Of a stretch of 64,000 bases of DNA, positions 29,737 through 39,939 are shown piece by piece; the first letter of the stretch is position 1, and every line of letters begins with the position of its first letter. A program made the translations under genes and the position numbers. This stretch comes from a virus. The notes below the pieces were generated by a model, which made no database searches, was not told the origin of the DNA, and worked only from the letters and a program-made list of their open reading frames with translations. Location: positions 1 through 64,000 of IMG/VR virus record IMGVR_UViG_3300024262_000026. The stretch is one strand, 5' to 3'.

Positions 29737-31284
29737 ATGCCTTTAAGTTACAGAAATTTAATAAGTGGTAATAAAATAATGGACACTCTTGGTTCCATTG
29801 GAGATAAAGATGAATTTGATAGAAATCTACAGGATATCATAAAAAATCAGAGAATTAATCCTAAATATGTGAAAGGTTATGAAAGTGAAACTTTCTGGGA
29901 AAGCGTATTTGGTGGACAATTAGGCGCAAAAGATAATCCTGAAATGCAAAGTAGGTTTGGTCAATTATTTGGATTTGAGAATAAAGAAATTGATCCTTAT
30001 GATCCTTACACTATTTCTGGTGCAAAAAAGGAAGTGTGGTGGAAAGATGAGAATGGAGACCCAATGGTAGGTCGTGTCTTATTTCCAAAAATAGATGAAG
30101 ATGTAAATACATTTAGAAATATATTATTTAATGATTTTAATAATGATCCATATGAGCAATATGAAGATCCACTAATTTTAGGTTTCAAGGTTGGATTCAA
30201 CCCAAATTCACCATTTTTTAATGGTTCAACAGTAGGAGATGATATTAGTTCTTCACCTTTTAATAGTATTCGTTATTTCTTCGATAAATATGGATTTGGT
30301 GGTGATGCACCAATAGACGAAATTGCAACTAGATATGAATGGTATTTGGAATTTAAAAGAAAATTATTTACAATTTTTGAAAAAAATATCACAGAAGGAC
30401 AACCAGTATATAATAAACCATATTATATCAATAAAATATCGGGATTAAATAATTTAAACAAAAAGATAATTAAATATGGTGATGACAAATTAACTATCAC
30501 TCTAAATGAAGATGTTAGAATGATTGCTTGGTATCTTTCAGAATTATATAATAACTTAGTATATTCATATAAAAACAAAAGGTATATGATACCTGAAAAT
30601 CTTTTAAGATTTGATATGAATATTCAAATTAGTGATATGAGAAATCACATCTTTCCTACTGGGAAATTACAACCAGAATTGAGAGAAGATCAAAACAAAC
30701 TATTTAAATATGAAATATCTCCAAAATCAACAATAATGTTTACATTACATGATTGTAGTTTTAACTTTTTCAATTCATATAACTTTAGTGACGATATCAT
30801 ACAAGCAGGTTATGGCGCATCAATGCCTTCTCAATCAGAATTACAATTTGATATTATATATAAATCTGTAACAAGATGGAGCACCTTTCCTTTTCTTGAT
30901 GGTGGAACAGAAATTAATCCTTGGGAAAATACAATAGATAGTAAATATTTTAAAGAATTAGAAATAATAAAATCAGAAAGTACATCTCCTACACCTAAAG
31001 GATTTTGGAATAGTAAATTAAGTTCCGTAGCACAAACAGTTGCTAACGCAGGTTTGAATTATCTTGACAATTTAGAAACTAGGTTAAGAGAAGAAAGAGG
31101 TAAATTTGTTGAAAGTTCTTTAAATGAATTTAGAAATTGGACTACTATTAACAAAATAGAACCCGATAATGTTTATTCACCAGATTTCAATAATAGATTA
31201 AGTTTAAAAAATGCTGGAAAAGCCTTAGCATCAGACTTATTAAATGATTTGGAAGGTGATGTAAGAAATATAACTAACTTTTAA
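29737..31284 (+). CDS. Putative baseplate/tail structural protein
   Basis: EDPLILGF, IPENLLRFDMNI; between hub and spike genes. Confidence 0.5.
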   Translation: MPLSYRNLISGNKIMDTLGSIGDKDEFDRNLQDIIKNQRINPKYVKGYESETFWESVFGGQLGAKDNPEMQSRFGQLFGFENKEIDPYDPYTISGAKKEVWWKDENGDPMVGRVLFPKIDEDVNTFRNILFNDFNNDPYEQYEDPLILGFKVGFNPNSPFFNGSTVGDDISSSPFNSIRYFFDKYGFGGDAPIDEIATRYEWYLEFKRKLFTIFEKNITEGQPVYNKPYYINKISGLNNLNKKIIKYGDDKLTITLNEDVRMIAWYLSELYNNLVYSYKNKRYMIPENLLRFDMNIQISDMRNHIFPTGKLQPELREDQNKLFKYEISPKSTIMFTLHDCSFNFFNSYNFSDDIIQAGYGASMPSQSELQFDIIYKSVTRWSTFPFLDGGTEINPWENTIDSKYFKELEIIKSESTSPTPKGFWNSKLSSVAQTVANAGLNYLDNLETRLREERGKFVESSLNEFRNWTTINKIEPDNVYSPDFNNRLSLKNAGKALASDLLNDLEGDVRNITNF

Positions 31285-32990
31285 TGGAAAAAAGATTTGA
31301 AAAGAAATTATATATGGGGATCGTTGAAGATAATTATGATCCAAATCGTAAAGGTAGAATTAAAGTTAGGGTGCAGTCCTTATATAATGAGATACCACTA
31401 AGCGATATTCCTTATGCTTCACCATTTATGGATTTAGCAGGTAAAGAATATAAAGTTCCAGCAATTGGTAAAATTGTAAATATTTTATTCTTAACTAATG
31501 ATTTTTATGACCCATATTATATCTATTCTGAAAACTATAACATAAATTTAGAAAATAAACTAAATATGTTAAGTGATGATGAGTATGTCAATTTTGTTGC
31601 ATTACTTTTTGATGAAAGAACACAAATTTCAGCGGATAGTAATGAATTAACAATTGATCATCTTTATAACAAAATAACAATTAATAAGGAATCAATAAAT
31701 CACGAATTAAAAGATAATACCCAATTATTAAATTTAGGGGACAGAGCCGCTGGACAAGATGCAGTATTAGGTAATCATTGGTTTGATTGGTTTGATGAAT
31801 TTGTAAGTACATTACTACAACCAACATCATTATTAGGAAATCAATCAGCCCCAATAATAAAACCTCAAATTGATGGATTGTTACATAAATATCAAGCAAT
31901 TAGACCAACATTCGTTTCTAATCACGTTAAAATTGTCGATAATAACCAAGTTACAAAACTTGATAGAAATCCTAGAACAGATACATCAAAAGAAGATAAA
32001 AGTCTAATTGATAACACTATCAATTTTGATAATCAAGAACTTTTACAAAGAATTGAAGAACAAAATAAAAAGGCATGTAAAATTGAAGTATCTTCAAAAC
32101 CAACTTCACGATTACCACAACCTGAAACTGAATCTCATGGTGATGATCCAAATTTCACACCTGATGAAGGTTCTTATGAAAAACGATTAATTGATGGAAA
32201 AATTTATACTGTGACTGATGCAAATAGACAAGAACTTGATAATCTTGAAAAATCAATAGAAGCTCAAAAAGAATTAGAAAATAATACTCCAAGTGGAAAA
32301 TATAAAGGTCAAAGTTATTTAATTGATGGTAAATATAACACCAAAAGTAAAGTTTATAATCCTGAAGAAATTGAAGAAACCAAAGTTACATTACCAGATT
32401 CAATAGGAAATTATCCTATATATAATAAAGGTGTAGAAATTAGTAAAAAACCCGCAGTTAAAGTGCAAAATAAAATAGTTATTAGTGACTACTACCCAGC
32501 ATTTAAAAAAATGTATGATGCGGCAAAATCTGATGGTGTGATACTTAGATTAAACGATGCTTATAGATTATGGGACGACCAATATCGTTTAAGAGTTCAA
32601 AATGCACCAACAAACAAAAAAACTGATGAAACATTTTTAAAAACCGCAAGTTCAAAACTTTTTAAACCTGTAACTGCACCACCAGGTTATGGGTATCACC
32701 ATTATGGAATAGCATTTGATATATCGACAAATGGAGGTAAAAATGATGCGTATAAATGGTTAGAAAAAAATGCTGTTAATTTTGGATTTGTAAGAACAGT
32801 AAAATCAGAAACATGGCATTGGGAATATAAACCTTGGGAAGTTAGAAATATAAGATCGTGGGACAAATATGCAGTAGTTCCTAAGAATCATAATACTTGG
32901 ACAATCGGAGGTGACGAACTTGATGATCAACAAATTGCAACTAAACAAAATACTAGAAATTATACTCCTAGTTCACCAAGAGAATGTTAA
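31284..32990 (+). CDS. Baseplate spike (gp5/VgrG OB-fold) fused to M15 (VanY-like) peptidoglycan peptidase
   Basis: GIVEDNYDPNRKGRIKVRV; C-terminal AYR..Q, APPGYGYHHYGIAFD, ETWHWEY. Confidence 0.85.
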   Translation: MEKRFEKKLYMGIVEDNYDPNRKGRIKVRVQSLYNEIPLSDIPYASPFMDLAGKEYKVPAIGKIVNILFLTNDFYDPYYIYSENYNINLENKLNMLSDDEYVNFVALLFDERTQISADSNELTIDHLYNKITINKESINHELKDNTQLLNLGDRAAGQDAVLGNHWFDWFDEFVSTLLQPTSLLGNQSAPIIKPQIDGLLHKYQAIRPTFVSNHVKIVDNNQVTKLDRNPRTDTSKEDKSLIDNTINFDNQELLQRIEEQNKKACKIEVSSKPTSRLPQPETESHGDDPNFTPDEGSYEKRLIDGKIYTVTDANRQELDNLEKSIEAQKELENNTPSGKYKGQSYLIDGKYNTKSKVYNPEEIEETKVTLPDSIGNYPIYNKGVEISKKPAVKVQNKIVISDYYPAFKKMYDAAKSDGVILRLNDAYRLWDDQYRLRVQNAPTNKKTDETFLKTASSKLFKPVTAPPGYGYHHYGIAFDISTNGGKNDAYKWLEKNAVNFGFVRTVKSETWHWEYKPWEVRNIRSWDKYAVVPKNHNTWTIGGDELDDQQIATKQNTRNYTPSSPREC

Positions 32991-33367
32991 AAAATTTCTT
33001 CTTGTAAAATTTCCATACATTCAGTCACAGCAATTTTAGTACCAACTATCACATAATCATATAAACTAAAGACATCATTTTCTCTTGCAGTTTTATTGAA
33101 AAAATCATTATCGGTGAGTAGTTCATCAATATCGCCTTTATATTTTAAATAGAAATTAAAAATATCATTATCTTCTACGAAATTTTCAATTACAGTATCA
33201 GAATCTTCAATATACTTATTGATAAAATTTTGATAGTTAACCATTTCTGAACTATTTATAGTACCATCAATTAATTCTAAAATACCTCTTTTAAGGCTTT
33301 TATATTTACCAGTAATTTTTTCTTCGAAAGAACTGATATCTTCATTTAATTTGGAAAATCTTTTCAT
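32987..33367 (-). CDS. Hypothetical protein with capsid-targeting-like N-terminus
   Basis: MKRFSKLNE; late motif immediately upstream. Confidence 0.75.
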   Translation of the reverse strand: MKRFSKLNEDISSFEEKITGKYKSLKRGILELIDGTINSSEMVNYQNFINKYIEDSDTVIENFVEDNDIFNFYLKYKGDIDELLTDNDFFNKTARENDVFSLYDYVIVGTKIAVTECMEILQEEIF

Positions 33368-33378
33368 AAATTTATATA

Positions 33379-34053
33379 TTAATTTACAATTATCTTTTTT
33401 AATTCAATCTCAGTATAATTTTCATTAATACCAACATCAAAATATATCAATTCTTCATTGACAACTCTAAAACCAATATTACCCGAATGAACATCAACTG
33501 GGTAAATATTATATTTCTTAGTTTCTATTGCAATATGTTTCAATTTTTCAATATAACTATCAACCTGCTTTTCCGTAAGACATATTTTACACTCATCAAA
33601 ATATTTAGTCTTAAAATAGTTAATATACGAAGGATGGAATTCATTATATTTAAAGAAATCTTCTTGATTATAATTCACTGCAAAATAGTCAAAAAAATCT
33701 CTTACTGCTTCTGAGTACTCAACTAATGTAATCAAATACTCCATTATTAATACATATGTTGGCTTTTTTAATTCGGAACTCACCAATTCATACACTTCAT
33801 AATATTTAACTATATTATTTGTATTTTCACCAATCAACATATTTGCGGTAAACGCTTCTCTTTTATCTGTTGTAATTTTCATTACTTTATATCCATCCAC
33901 TTTATATGCTGAGCCATATGATCCAGTATTAATATAATTCATAATATCTCTACCTATCTTTCGAGCAACATTTCGTGCAAATACCATACTATATCTACTG
34001 GACGCAATTTGTTCCACTTGCCATTCTTCAAAGCAACAATACATTTTCTTCAT
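33379..34053 (-). CDS. Protein kinase-like protein
   Basis: TGSYGSAY Gly-loop, VMKIT, LIMEYL hinge, DVHSGN catalytic loop, FDVG. Confidence 0.8.
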   Translation of the reverse strand: MKKMYCCFEEWQVEQIASSRYSMVFARNVARKIGRDIMNYINTGSYGSAYKVDGYKVMKITTDKREAFTANMLIGENTNNIVKYYEVYELVSSELKKPTYVLIMEYLITLVEYSEAVRDFFDYFAVNYNQEDFFKYNEFHPSYINYFKTKYFDECKICLTEKQVDSYIEKLKHIAIETKKYNIYPVDVHSGNIGFRVVNEELIYFDVGINENYTEIELKKIIVN

Positions 34054-34069
34054 TGTAACCTTATATATT

Positions 34070-34096
34070 AAACTTTAAAAAAAGATTTTGATATAT
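34070..34096 (+). promoter_or_regulatory. Putative ECF-type promoter AAACTT-N16-TATAT
   Basis: At the head of the small-ORF array. Confidence 0.5.
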
Positions 34097-34121
34097 TAAA
34101 TTATAAAAACAATTAAAAATC

Positions 34122-34550
34122 ATGTTAGAACATTTATATGATAAAAATGGGGATTTAAAACCTGAGATAAAAGAAAAAATAGAAATTTTTGCTGAAGAAT
34201 TCAGCGCAAAATTAGATATTGAATATAAAAGAGCACAAAAACTCAAACACTATTTAGATGAAAGAGATTTTGATGATTTTATAGGAAGAATAATTAGAGA
34301 GCATGGTGACAAATATTGTGATAAATGTTATAAAAAAGGTTATGAACCTTATCCTAATAATAAATTTAATTTATTATTAAAGTTAGTTGAAATTGAAGGA
34401 GAAGAAATAACAGACATTGATTTTAAGGATGATTGTGTTTTTCCAAATCAAATTATAAAATATAAAAATTATTATTTTCAATGGATTTGGGGGCAAGGCT
34501 GTATCATACTTATATATGATGAAAATCATGAAAGAATATTTTCAATATAA
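34122..34550 (+). CDS. Hypothetical protein
   Basis: 142 aa; CDKC; stop overlaps next start. Confidence 0.75.
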   Translation: MLEHLYDKNGDLKPEIKEKIEIFAEEFSAKLDIEYKRAQKLKHYLDERDFDDFIGRIIREHGDKYCDKCYKKGYEPYPNNKFNLLLKLVEIEGEEITDIDFKDDCVFPNQIIKYKNYYFQWIWGQGCIILIYDENHERIFSI

Positions 34551-35005
34551 TGGCAAGTTTACATAAACCAATATCACCATTTTTCCCAAATCCAATTTTA
34601 TTATTTGAACCTATCTATAACAATTTAGTTGATATTGACTTTGGTGAGAATGTTTTAAATGAAAATTGTTTTAAAATAAAAGGCAATATTGCACACATTC
34701 ACAACAATTATGATAATATAAGGAAAAAAAGTACATCACAAATAATAGAATCTTTGATTAATACTAATTTGCCAAAAGTTATATTTAATTATCACGATAA
34801 AAATGGTGAAGTATTAGAACAAATAATTGTTTGCAATTTCAAATTTATAAAAATCATAAATAAATTAGATTTTAATTGGAATGAGAATACACTAAAAAAA
34901 TTAAAAGTTCAATTTGAATATGATAAAACTTTTCATTCTGAAAAAGAATACAATTCATATATTCGAAAAGAAAAATTAAACAAAATAAATGGACGAAAAG
35001 ATTAA
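34550..35005 (+). CDS. Degenerate tail-tube paralogue with C-terminal RxxKLxxI tag
   Basis: FEPIYNNL, YHDKNGEVLEQIIVCN and LDFNWNENT align with the 664..1227 tube; ends IRKEKLNKIN. Confidence 0.65.
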   Translation: MASLHKPISPFFPNPILLFEPIYNNLVDIDFGENVLNENCFKIKGNIAHIHNNYDNIRKKSTSQIIESLINTNLPKVIFNYHDKNGEVLEQIIVCNFKFIKIINKLDFNWNENTLKKLKVQFEYDKTFHSEKEYNSYIRKEKLNKINGRKD

Positions 35006-35321
35006 AAAATTAGAAGAACATCTAAATTTTGTTTGGAGTTTAATTCCAAACAAACCAACATATGGAGAATTTAATAAAATATTTCCTGTTAAAAATAATG
35101 TGGAAGTATTAAGAAACTTTGAAAAAGAAAATGAATGGTTTGGTATAGCAAGATATGATACCGAAAATGAAGGCATTTCAATACTTAGTATGTTTGCATC
35201 TATCACAGACTTTTTAAGTGATGGTTGGAGATTAGCATTTGACACCGAAGGTGATAATAAAGATACACCAATAGAAGAACAAATAATTGTGGGATTTAAA
35301 ATGATTAGACTTGATAATTAA
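34989..35321 (+). CDS. Hypothetical protein
   Basis: Start overlaps the upstream tag. Confidence 0.7.
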   Translation: MDEKIKKLEEHLNFVWSLIPNKPTYGEFNKIFPVKNNVEVLRNFEKENEWFGIARYDTENEGISILSMFASITDFLSDGWRLAFDTEGDNKDTPIEEQIIVGFKMIRLDN

Positions 35322-35554
35322 TCATCAACATTTTCAATGTAAGGAAATCTTTCTTTATTTCTCGGATCTATAATATCTTTGCGATATTCAAGAACATCTA
35401 ATTTTATTTCTCTACACTTCTTTGCCACATCCTCTAATTTTCTTCTTAACCTAATAGATGCCGCCTTAATATTCTTACTATAAGTTTTATAATAATCAAC
35501 TCTTGCTGACTCTAATATTTCAATCAGTTCGTCAATTTCATTTAACTCACCCAT
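35318..35554 (-). CDS. Histone H1-like (Hc1-type) small basic protein
   Basis: KNIKAASIRLRRKLEDVAKKCREIK resembles the Bacteroidota Hc1-like GNKAAGTRARK core; start revised to ATG 35554 after a late motif. Confidence 0.6.
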   Translation of the reverse strand: MGELNEIDELIEILESARVDYYKTYSKNIKAASIRLRRKLEDVAKKCREIKLDVLEYRKDIIDPRNKERFPYIENVDD

Positions 35555-35631
35555 AAAACTTATTTTTATTTTTATATATTGATTGAAATAGGACCCATAC
35601 ACCATAATATATAAAAATAAAAATCATTATA

Positions 35632-36096
35632 ATGATGAAAAGAAGTGAATTTTTTGATCTATACAATAAATTGCAAGGTCTTAGATACCATAGTGACAAC
35701 AAAAATTTTTCTTATGCCTTAATAAAAAATATTAAAGCTATTGAACAAGATATTAACAAACTTAATGAAGTTATAAAACCAACTGAAGAATTTCTACAAT
35801 TTGAACAAGAGCGACTTGCTATTTGTCAATCACATTCAATTAAAGATGATAATGGTGACCCACTTTTAAATGGTGATGAATTTCAAATTGAAAATATTGA
35901 AAAATTTAATGAAGATTTAATACCATTAAAGACGAAATATCAAGACATGTTAAATTATAGACAAGAACAAATAGAAAAGTATAATTCTCTTTTAGATCAA
36001 GAAATTGAAATGGAATTAGTTAAAATAGGACCAGATGATTTACCTGATACTATAACACCAAACGAAATAGAAGATATCTATCCTATATTGTTATAA
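35632..36096 (+). CDS. Hypothetical coiled-coil phage protein
   Basis: FSYALIKNIKAIE; late motif upstream. Confidence 0.75.
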   Translation: MMKRSEFFDLYNKLQGLRYHSDNKNFSYALIKNIKAIEQDINKLNEVIKPTEEFLQFEQERLAICQSHSIKDDNGDPLLNGDEFQIENIEKFNEDLIPLKTKYQDMLNYRQEQIEKYNSLLDQEIEMELVKIGPDDLPDTITPNEIEDIYPILL

Positions 36097-36790
36097 TAAA
36101 TGCTTTTTTTCTTACAGATAATATATCACAAAAGGTGATGGAACTTATTTTGTCACCTTTTGTCCATATATTTTGAACCTTATTGTGTCCAACATATTGA
36201 TGAATATTTTCTAATGGCTCCTCTAATTCTCGTTTATCCGCCCAAGTTGGTCCACCTATATAAGAATCACCACCTCTCCAAGATGATACTTGCATTAAAA
36301 TATCTCTCCATTTATCATCATTTCCAATATCATTTAACACTTCAGCTAAATTTGAATTATCTTCTTTTAATCCAAAATATTTTAATACCTCAATATGTTC
36401 ATCATACCACCAAACACTAATACCAGCATGTACAAAAATATGATTATCTCTTTGTAATGCAAATTGGAAAAGAGATTTATTTTTTTGAAAAACTTTTATG
36501 GTTTCTTTTAACCTTTCATTATAGTTTACTGAACTTGTATGGTATTTAGGATACCACATATATTGGGCATCGTGATTACCTATAAGTAATGTAACATTAT
36601 CTGGGTGAGACTTTTTATAATTTATAATCAAATTCAAATTTACAAGTGCATCACTATCATCAATCTTATTATCATAAGGATCACAATAATCACCCAGAAA
36701 AATAAAATGGGTATCTTTATTCTCACCAACAAAATCCATCCAGGAATCTCTACCGTGAATATCACCTATAACACAAAATCTCATAAACAA
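36083..36790 (-). CDS. Calcineurin-like metallophosphoesterase
   Basis: GDIHG, GDYCD, GNHD, HAG, GHN. Confidence 0.9.
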   Translation of the reverse strand: MFMRFCVIGDIHGRDSWMDFVGENKDTHFIFLGDYCDPYDNKIDDSDALVNLNLIINYKKSHPDNVTLLIGNHDAQYMWYPKYHTSSVNYNERLKETIKVFQKNKSLFQFALQRDNHIFVHAGISVWWYDEHIEVLKYFGLKEDNSNLAEVLNDIGNDDKWRDILMQVSSWRGGDSYIGGPTWADKRELEEPLENIHQYVGHNKVQNIWTKGDKISSITFCDILSVRKKAFIITI

Positions 36791-36848
36791 TTCTTTATTT
36801 AATGAATATACTTATAATATATCACAACTGAATAAAAGTTTGATAATT

Positions 36849-37178
36849 ATGGTTAATATAACATTTGACGAATATGTAAATATGATGGAAGACGAATCTA
36901 AATGGCAAATAATAAAAGATTTTGTTAATGAAACAAAGTACTTTCGTTCCAGAGATATTCCACTTGGAAGTACTGGAAAAGTATATGTAAACTATTTACA
37001 CAAAGCTGGATTTTTAGGTAGACCTAAAAAAGGTATTTATTCATTAAACTTACATGTCGAAAATGATATAACATTATATAAAGTAACGGACTACGCTTAT
37101 GGTGACAATAAAGGAGTAATCAATAAAGTTGTTCGTAAAAACAAAATTATAAATTTAAATGAAATTTCAGAAGAATAA
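36849..37178 (+). CDS. Hypothetical protein with C-terminal tag variant
   Basis: Ends VRKNKIINLNE; ATG 36849 preferred over TTG 36840. Confidence 0.7.
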   Translation: MVNITFDEYVNMMEDESKWQIIKDFVNETKYFRSRDIPLGSTGKVYVNYLHKAGFLGRPKKGIYSLNLHVENDITLYKVTDYAYGDNKGVINKVVRKNKIINLNEISEE

Positions 37179-37476
37179 AGACGGTTACATAGAAGTTGAA
37201 TATGAAGGTTCTTATTATTTTCTAGATGGTAAAAAATGGGTAAGAGATTTTAAAATTGATAACTCAACATATTACAGCAATACTGGTCATAACACAACAA
37301 GAAAATTTATTATTCCAGTAGGACAACTATCTAGAAAACAGGCAGAAAAGCAAATAAAACAATTGATGGCACAATATACTGATAAAGAGGTATTTTACGA
37401 TGAAATTCAATCTAAATTGACACGATTATTAAGGAAAGCAAAATTAGATCAATTAAAAAATGTTGAAATTTTATGA
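37159..37476 (+). CDS. Small protein with portal-like segment and RxxKLxxL tag
   Basis: RKFIIPVGQLSRKQAEKQIKQLMAQY; ends LRKAKLDQLK. Confidence 0.65.
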   Translation: MKFQKNKDGYIEVEYEGSYYFLDGKKWVRDFKIDNSTYYSNTGHNTTRKFIIPVGQLSRKQAEKQIKQLMAQYTDKEVFYDEIQSKLTRLLRKAKLDQLKNVEIL

Positions 37477-37844
37477 GCAAATATTGGGTTAAAGTAAACG
37501 TTACTTGTAGGAACGACATCAAACTTTATACAGATGATAAAGAAAAACTTAATGAACTAGAAAAAGATGCTGTTACACAAGCATTTTTACATGAAAGAAC
37601 TTGTAAATTATGTGCAGATATCAAATGGATGAGAGAACAAAGAGAAAAAGAAGATGCACTTTATAGAGTACAATCAGTTGCAAGATGTGGAGAAATATTA
37701 TTTGTTGAACACACAAATCCATCTGAAGTAAGAAAAACACAGATGGAAAGAAATGTATGTCAACAAGTGGCGGAACATAGAAGAAATTGTATAAAATGTA
37801 TAAGAATAGAAAAATTAGATAAAATAAAGAATTTAACAATTTAA
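37473..37844 (+). CDS. Cys-rich hypothetical protein with RxxKLxxI tag
   Basis: HERTCKLC / HRRNCIKC repeat; ends IRIEKLDKIK. Confidence 0.7.
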   Translation: MSKYWVKVNVTCRNDIKLYTDDKEKLNELEKDAVTQAFLHERTCKLCADIKWMREQREKEDALYRVQSVARCGEILFVEHTNPSEVRKTQMERNVCQQVAEHRRNCIKCIRIEKLDKIKNLTI

Positions 37845-37855
37845 TAAAATTAAAA

Positions 37856-38452
37856 ATGGAATTAGAATATACACAAAACGATTTAAAATCAGCATTTGAA
37901 TTTGGTAAAAAGTATCCAAATTTAAAATTAAAAGATTGGTTTAAATATGAGAAAACTCAACTAACAAAAGAAGAACAAAAATTATTTAAATTTATTGATG
38001 TTGCAACAGTACCGATAGGTAAATCCAAATTGTTTTTTATGAATTGGAACGGTGTTGGAGGTGGACATTTTTCTGAACCTTTTAAAATATTCAAGAGAAA
38101 ATATTTTAACAAATATTATCAATTTTTTAATAATTGTTCTGGAGAGTTTAGTGTGATAGTAACAGGAGAAGATTTTTTCAACTTAAAAACCTTTGATAAA
38201 ACTGATTATGAAGGTGTGTATGTAAAAGAAATAATTCATAATGATGTAAAAATTACTATTATGAATTATATTGATTTTGATGGCGATAAAGATGAACATC
38301 AAGCTCATATGTTCTATTCTTGGAGAAACACTTTAGAACGAAATAATTACCATTTTTGGCAAATGGCGAATTGGGACGTTTATATTGATAAACCTTATAA
38401 TTTAAACGTCACACCAGCATTAGAACTTTTAGAAAAAAAAATCATTAAATGA
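37856..38452 (+). CDS. Hypothetical protein
   Basis: 198-aa ORF in array. Confidence 0.75.
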   Translation: MELEYTQNDLKSAFEFGKKYPNLKLKDWFKYEKTQLTKEEQKLFKFIDVATVPIGKSKLFFMNWNGVGGGHFSEPFKIFKRKYFNKYYQFFNNCSGEFSVIVTGEDFFNLKTFDKTDYEGVYVKEIIHNDVKITIMNYIDFDGDKDEHQAHMFYSWRNTLERNNYHFWQMANWDVYIDKPYNLNVTPALELLEKKIIK

Positions 38453-38715
38453 AATATAAAGTAGGTGATAAATTAGTTTGTAGAGAAAATTTTGGTGATT
38501 GTATGGATACCATAATTTGGTATAAAAAACATAATTCATATGAAATAAATGACATCAGAAATAATTGGTTTGAAGAAAATAAAACTGCATATTTTATATC
38601 AATTAATGATAGTTCTGATCTTGAATTTGAATATTCTGAACTACTTAAACATTTTTATATACCAAGTGAACTTAGAAGAAAAAAATTAGATATCATAAAT
38701 GAAATATCCGAATGA
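38449..38715 (+). CDS. Hypothetical protein with RxxKLxxI tag
   Basis: MKYKVGDKL...LRRKKLDIINE. Confidence 0.75.
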   Translation: MKYKVGDKLVCRENFGDCMDTIIWYKKHNSYEINDIRNNWFEENKTAYFISINDSSDLEFEYSELLKHFYIPSELRRKKLDIINEISE

Positions 38716-39742
38716 TTTTATAAATAAAAATATAGTTGGCGACTCAGTAGAATTGATGAAGCAAATTCCTGATAATGTTATTGATTTAACAGTAACATCA
38801 CCACCATACGATAATCTCAGAACATATAAAGGTAAAATAAAAGATAATATTACTTTTGATGATTATTCATTTCCTTTTCAGGAAATGGCACAAGAACTCT
38901 ATCGTATAACAAAGAAAGGTGGTATCGTTGTATGGGTAGTAAACGATCAAGTAAAAAATGGTGGAGAAACTGGCACATCATTTAGAATGGCATTATATTT
39001 TCAACAAATAGGATTCACTATTTATGACACTATGATTTATCACAAAAATGGTCCACCATTTCCAGAATCTGGTAGATATTCACAAGTTTTTGAATATATG
39101 TTTGTATTTTCAAAGGGTAAACCAAATACTGTCAATTTAATTAAAGATAAAGAAAATCGTTGGTCAGGACACCAAAATTTTGGCACACCTTCTGCAAGAA
39201 CAAAAGAAGGCAACTTAAAAAAATCTGAAGCATTTACTGTTGCAGAATATGGCACAAGATATAATGTTTGGTACATCAATGCTGGTAAAGGCTACACAAC
39301 TAAGGACGATTATGCTTACGTTCACCCAGCAATGTTCCCAGAAAGTTTATCGGAGGATCATATTTTATCTTGGACAAATGAAGGTGATATTGTATTAGAT
39401 CCGATGTGTGGAGCAGGCACCACTTGTAAAATGGCAAAACTTAATAATCGTAAATACGTGGGTATGGACATCAATCAAGAGTATGTTGATATATCTGACA
39501 GACGAGTAGAGATCGTGTCTTACAACAAGGATAAACCTAACCCAAAGGTTAAATTTATCGTTTCAAGGGATGAAATCTTAGAAAAACGAAAGAAAACTAG
39601 AGAAGAAAACAAAAGAAAGAAAGAAATGGATTTAACGGAAAAAGATATAGAAATTTTGGAAAAAACAATTGAAAATCCACCAGAACCAAATGAAAAATTA
39701 AAGGAAGCTGCGGAAAAATATAAAGAAGATATAGATGATTAG
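38699..39742 (+). CDS. DNA N4-cytosine/N6-adenine methyltransferase (beta class)
   Basis: TSPPY before HPAMFP and VLDPMCGAGTT. Confidence 0.92.
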   Translation: MKYPNDFINKNIVGDSVELMKQIPDNVIDLTVTSPPYDNLRTYKGKIKDNITFDDYSFPFQEMAQELYRITKKGGIVVWVVNDQVKNGGETGTSFRMALYFQQIGFTIYDTMIYHKNGPPFPESGRYSQVFEYMFVFSKGKPNTVNLIKDKENRWSGHQNFGTPSARTKEGNLKKSEAFTVAEYGTRYNVWYINAGKGYTTKDDYAYVHPAMFPESLSEDHILSWTNEGDIVLDPMCGAGTTCKMAKLNNRKYVGMDINQEYVDISDRRVEIVSYNKDKPNPKVKFIVSRDEILEKRKKTREENKRKKEMDLTEKDIEILEKTIENPPEPNEKLKEAAEKYKEDIDD

Positions 39743-39917
39743 CGAAGAATTACTTAAAATTCACTATAATAGTCGTAATGATGGTTTTGATGAAGAAGAA
39801 GATGATGACTATGAAAAAATTCAAGAAATTTATAAGCAATCCGCATATGAATATGAAAAGTGTGTGAAATTATATATTGATTATATGGAACAAGAAAAAA
39901 TAAAAGTAAACAGATGA
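39735..39917 (+). CDS. Hypothetical protein
   Basis: 60-aa ORF overlapping the MTase stop. Confidence 0.55.
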   Translation: MISEELLKIHYNSRNDGFDEEEDDDYEKIQEIYKQSAYEYEKCVKLYIDYMEQEKIKVNR

Positions 39918-39939
39918 GTAAATTAAAAAGTGAATTATT

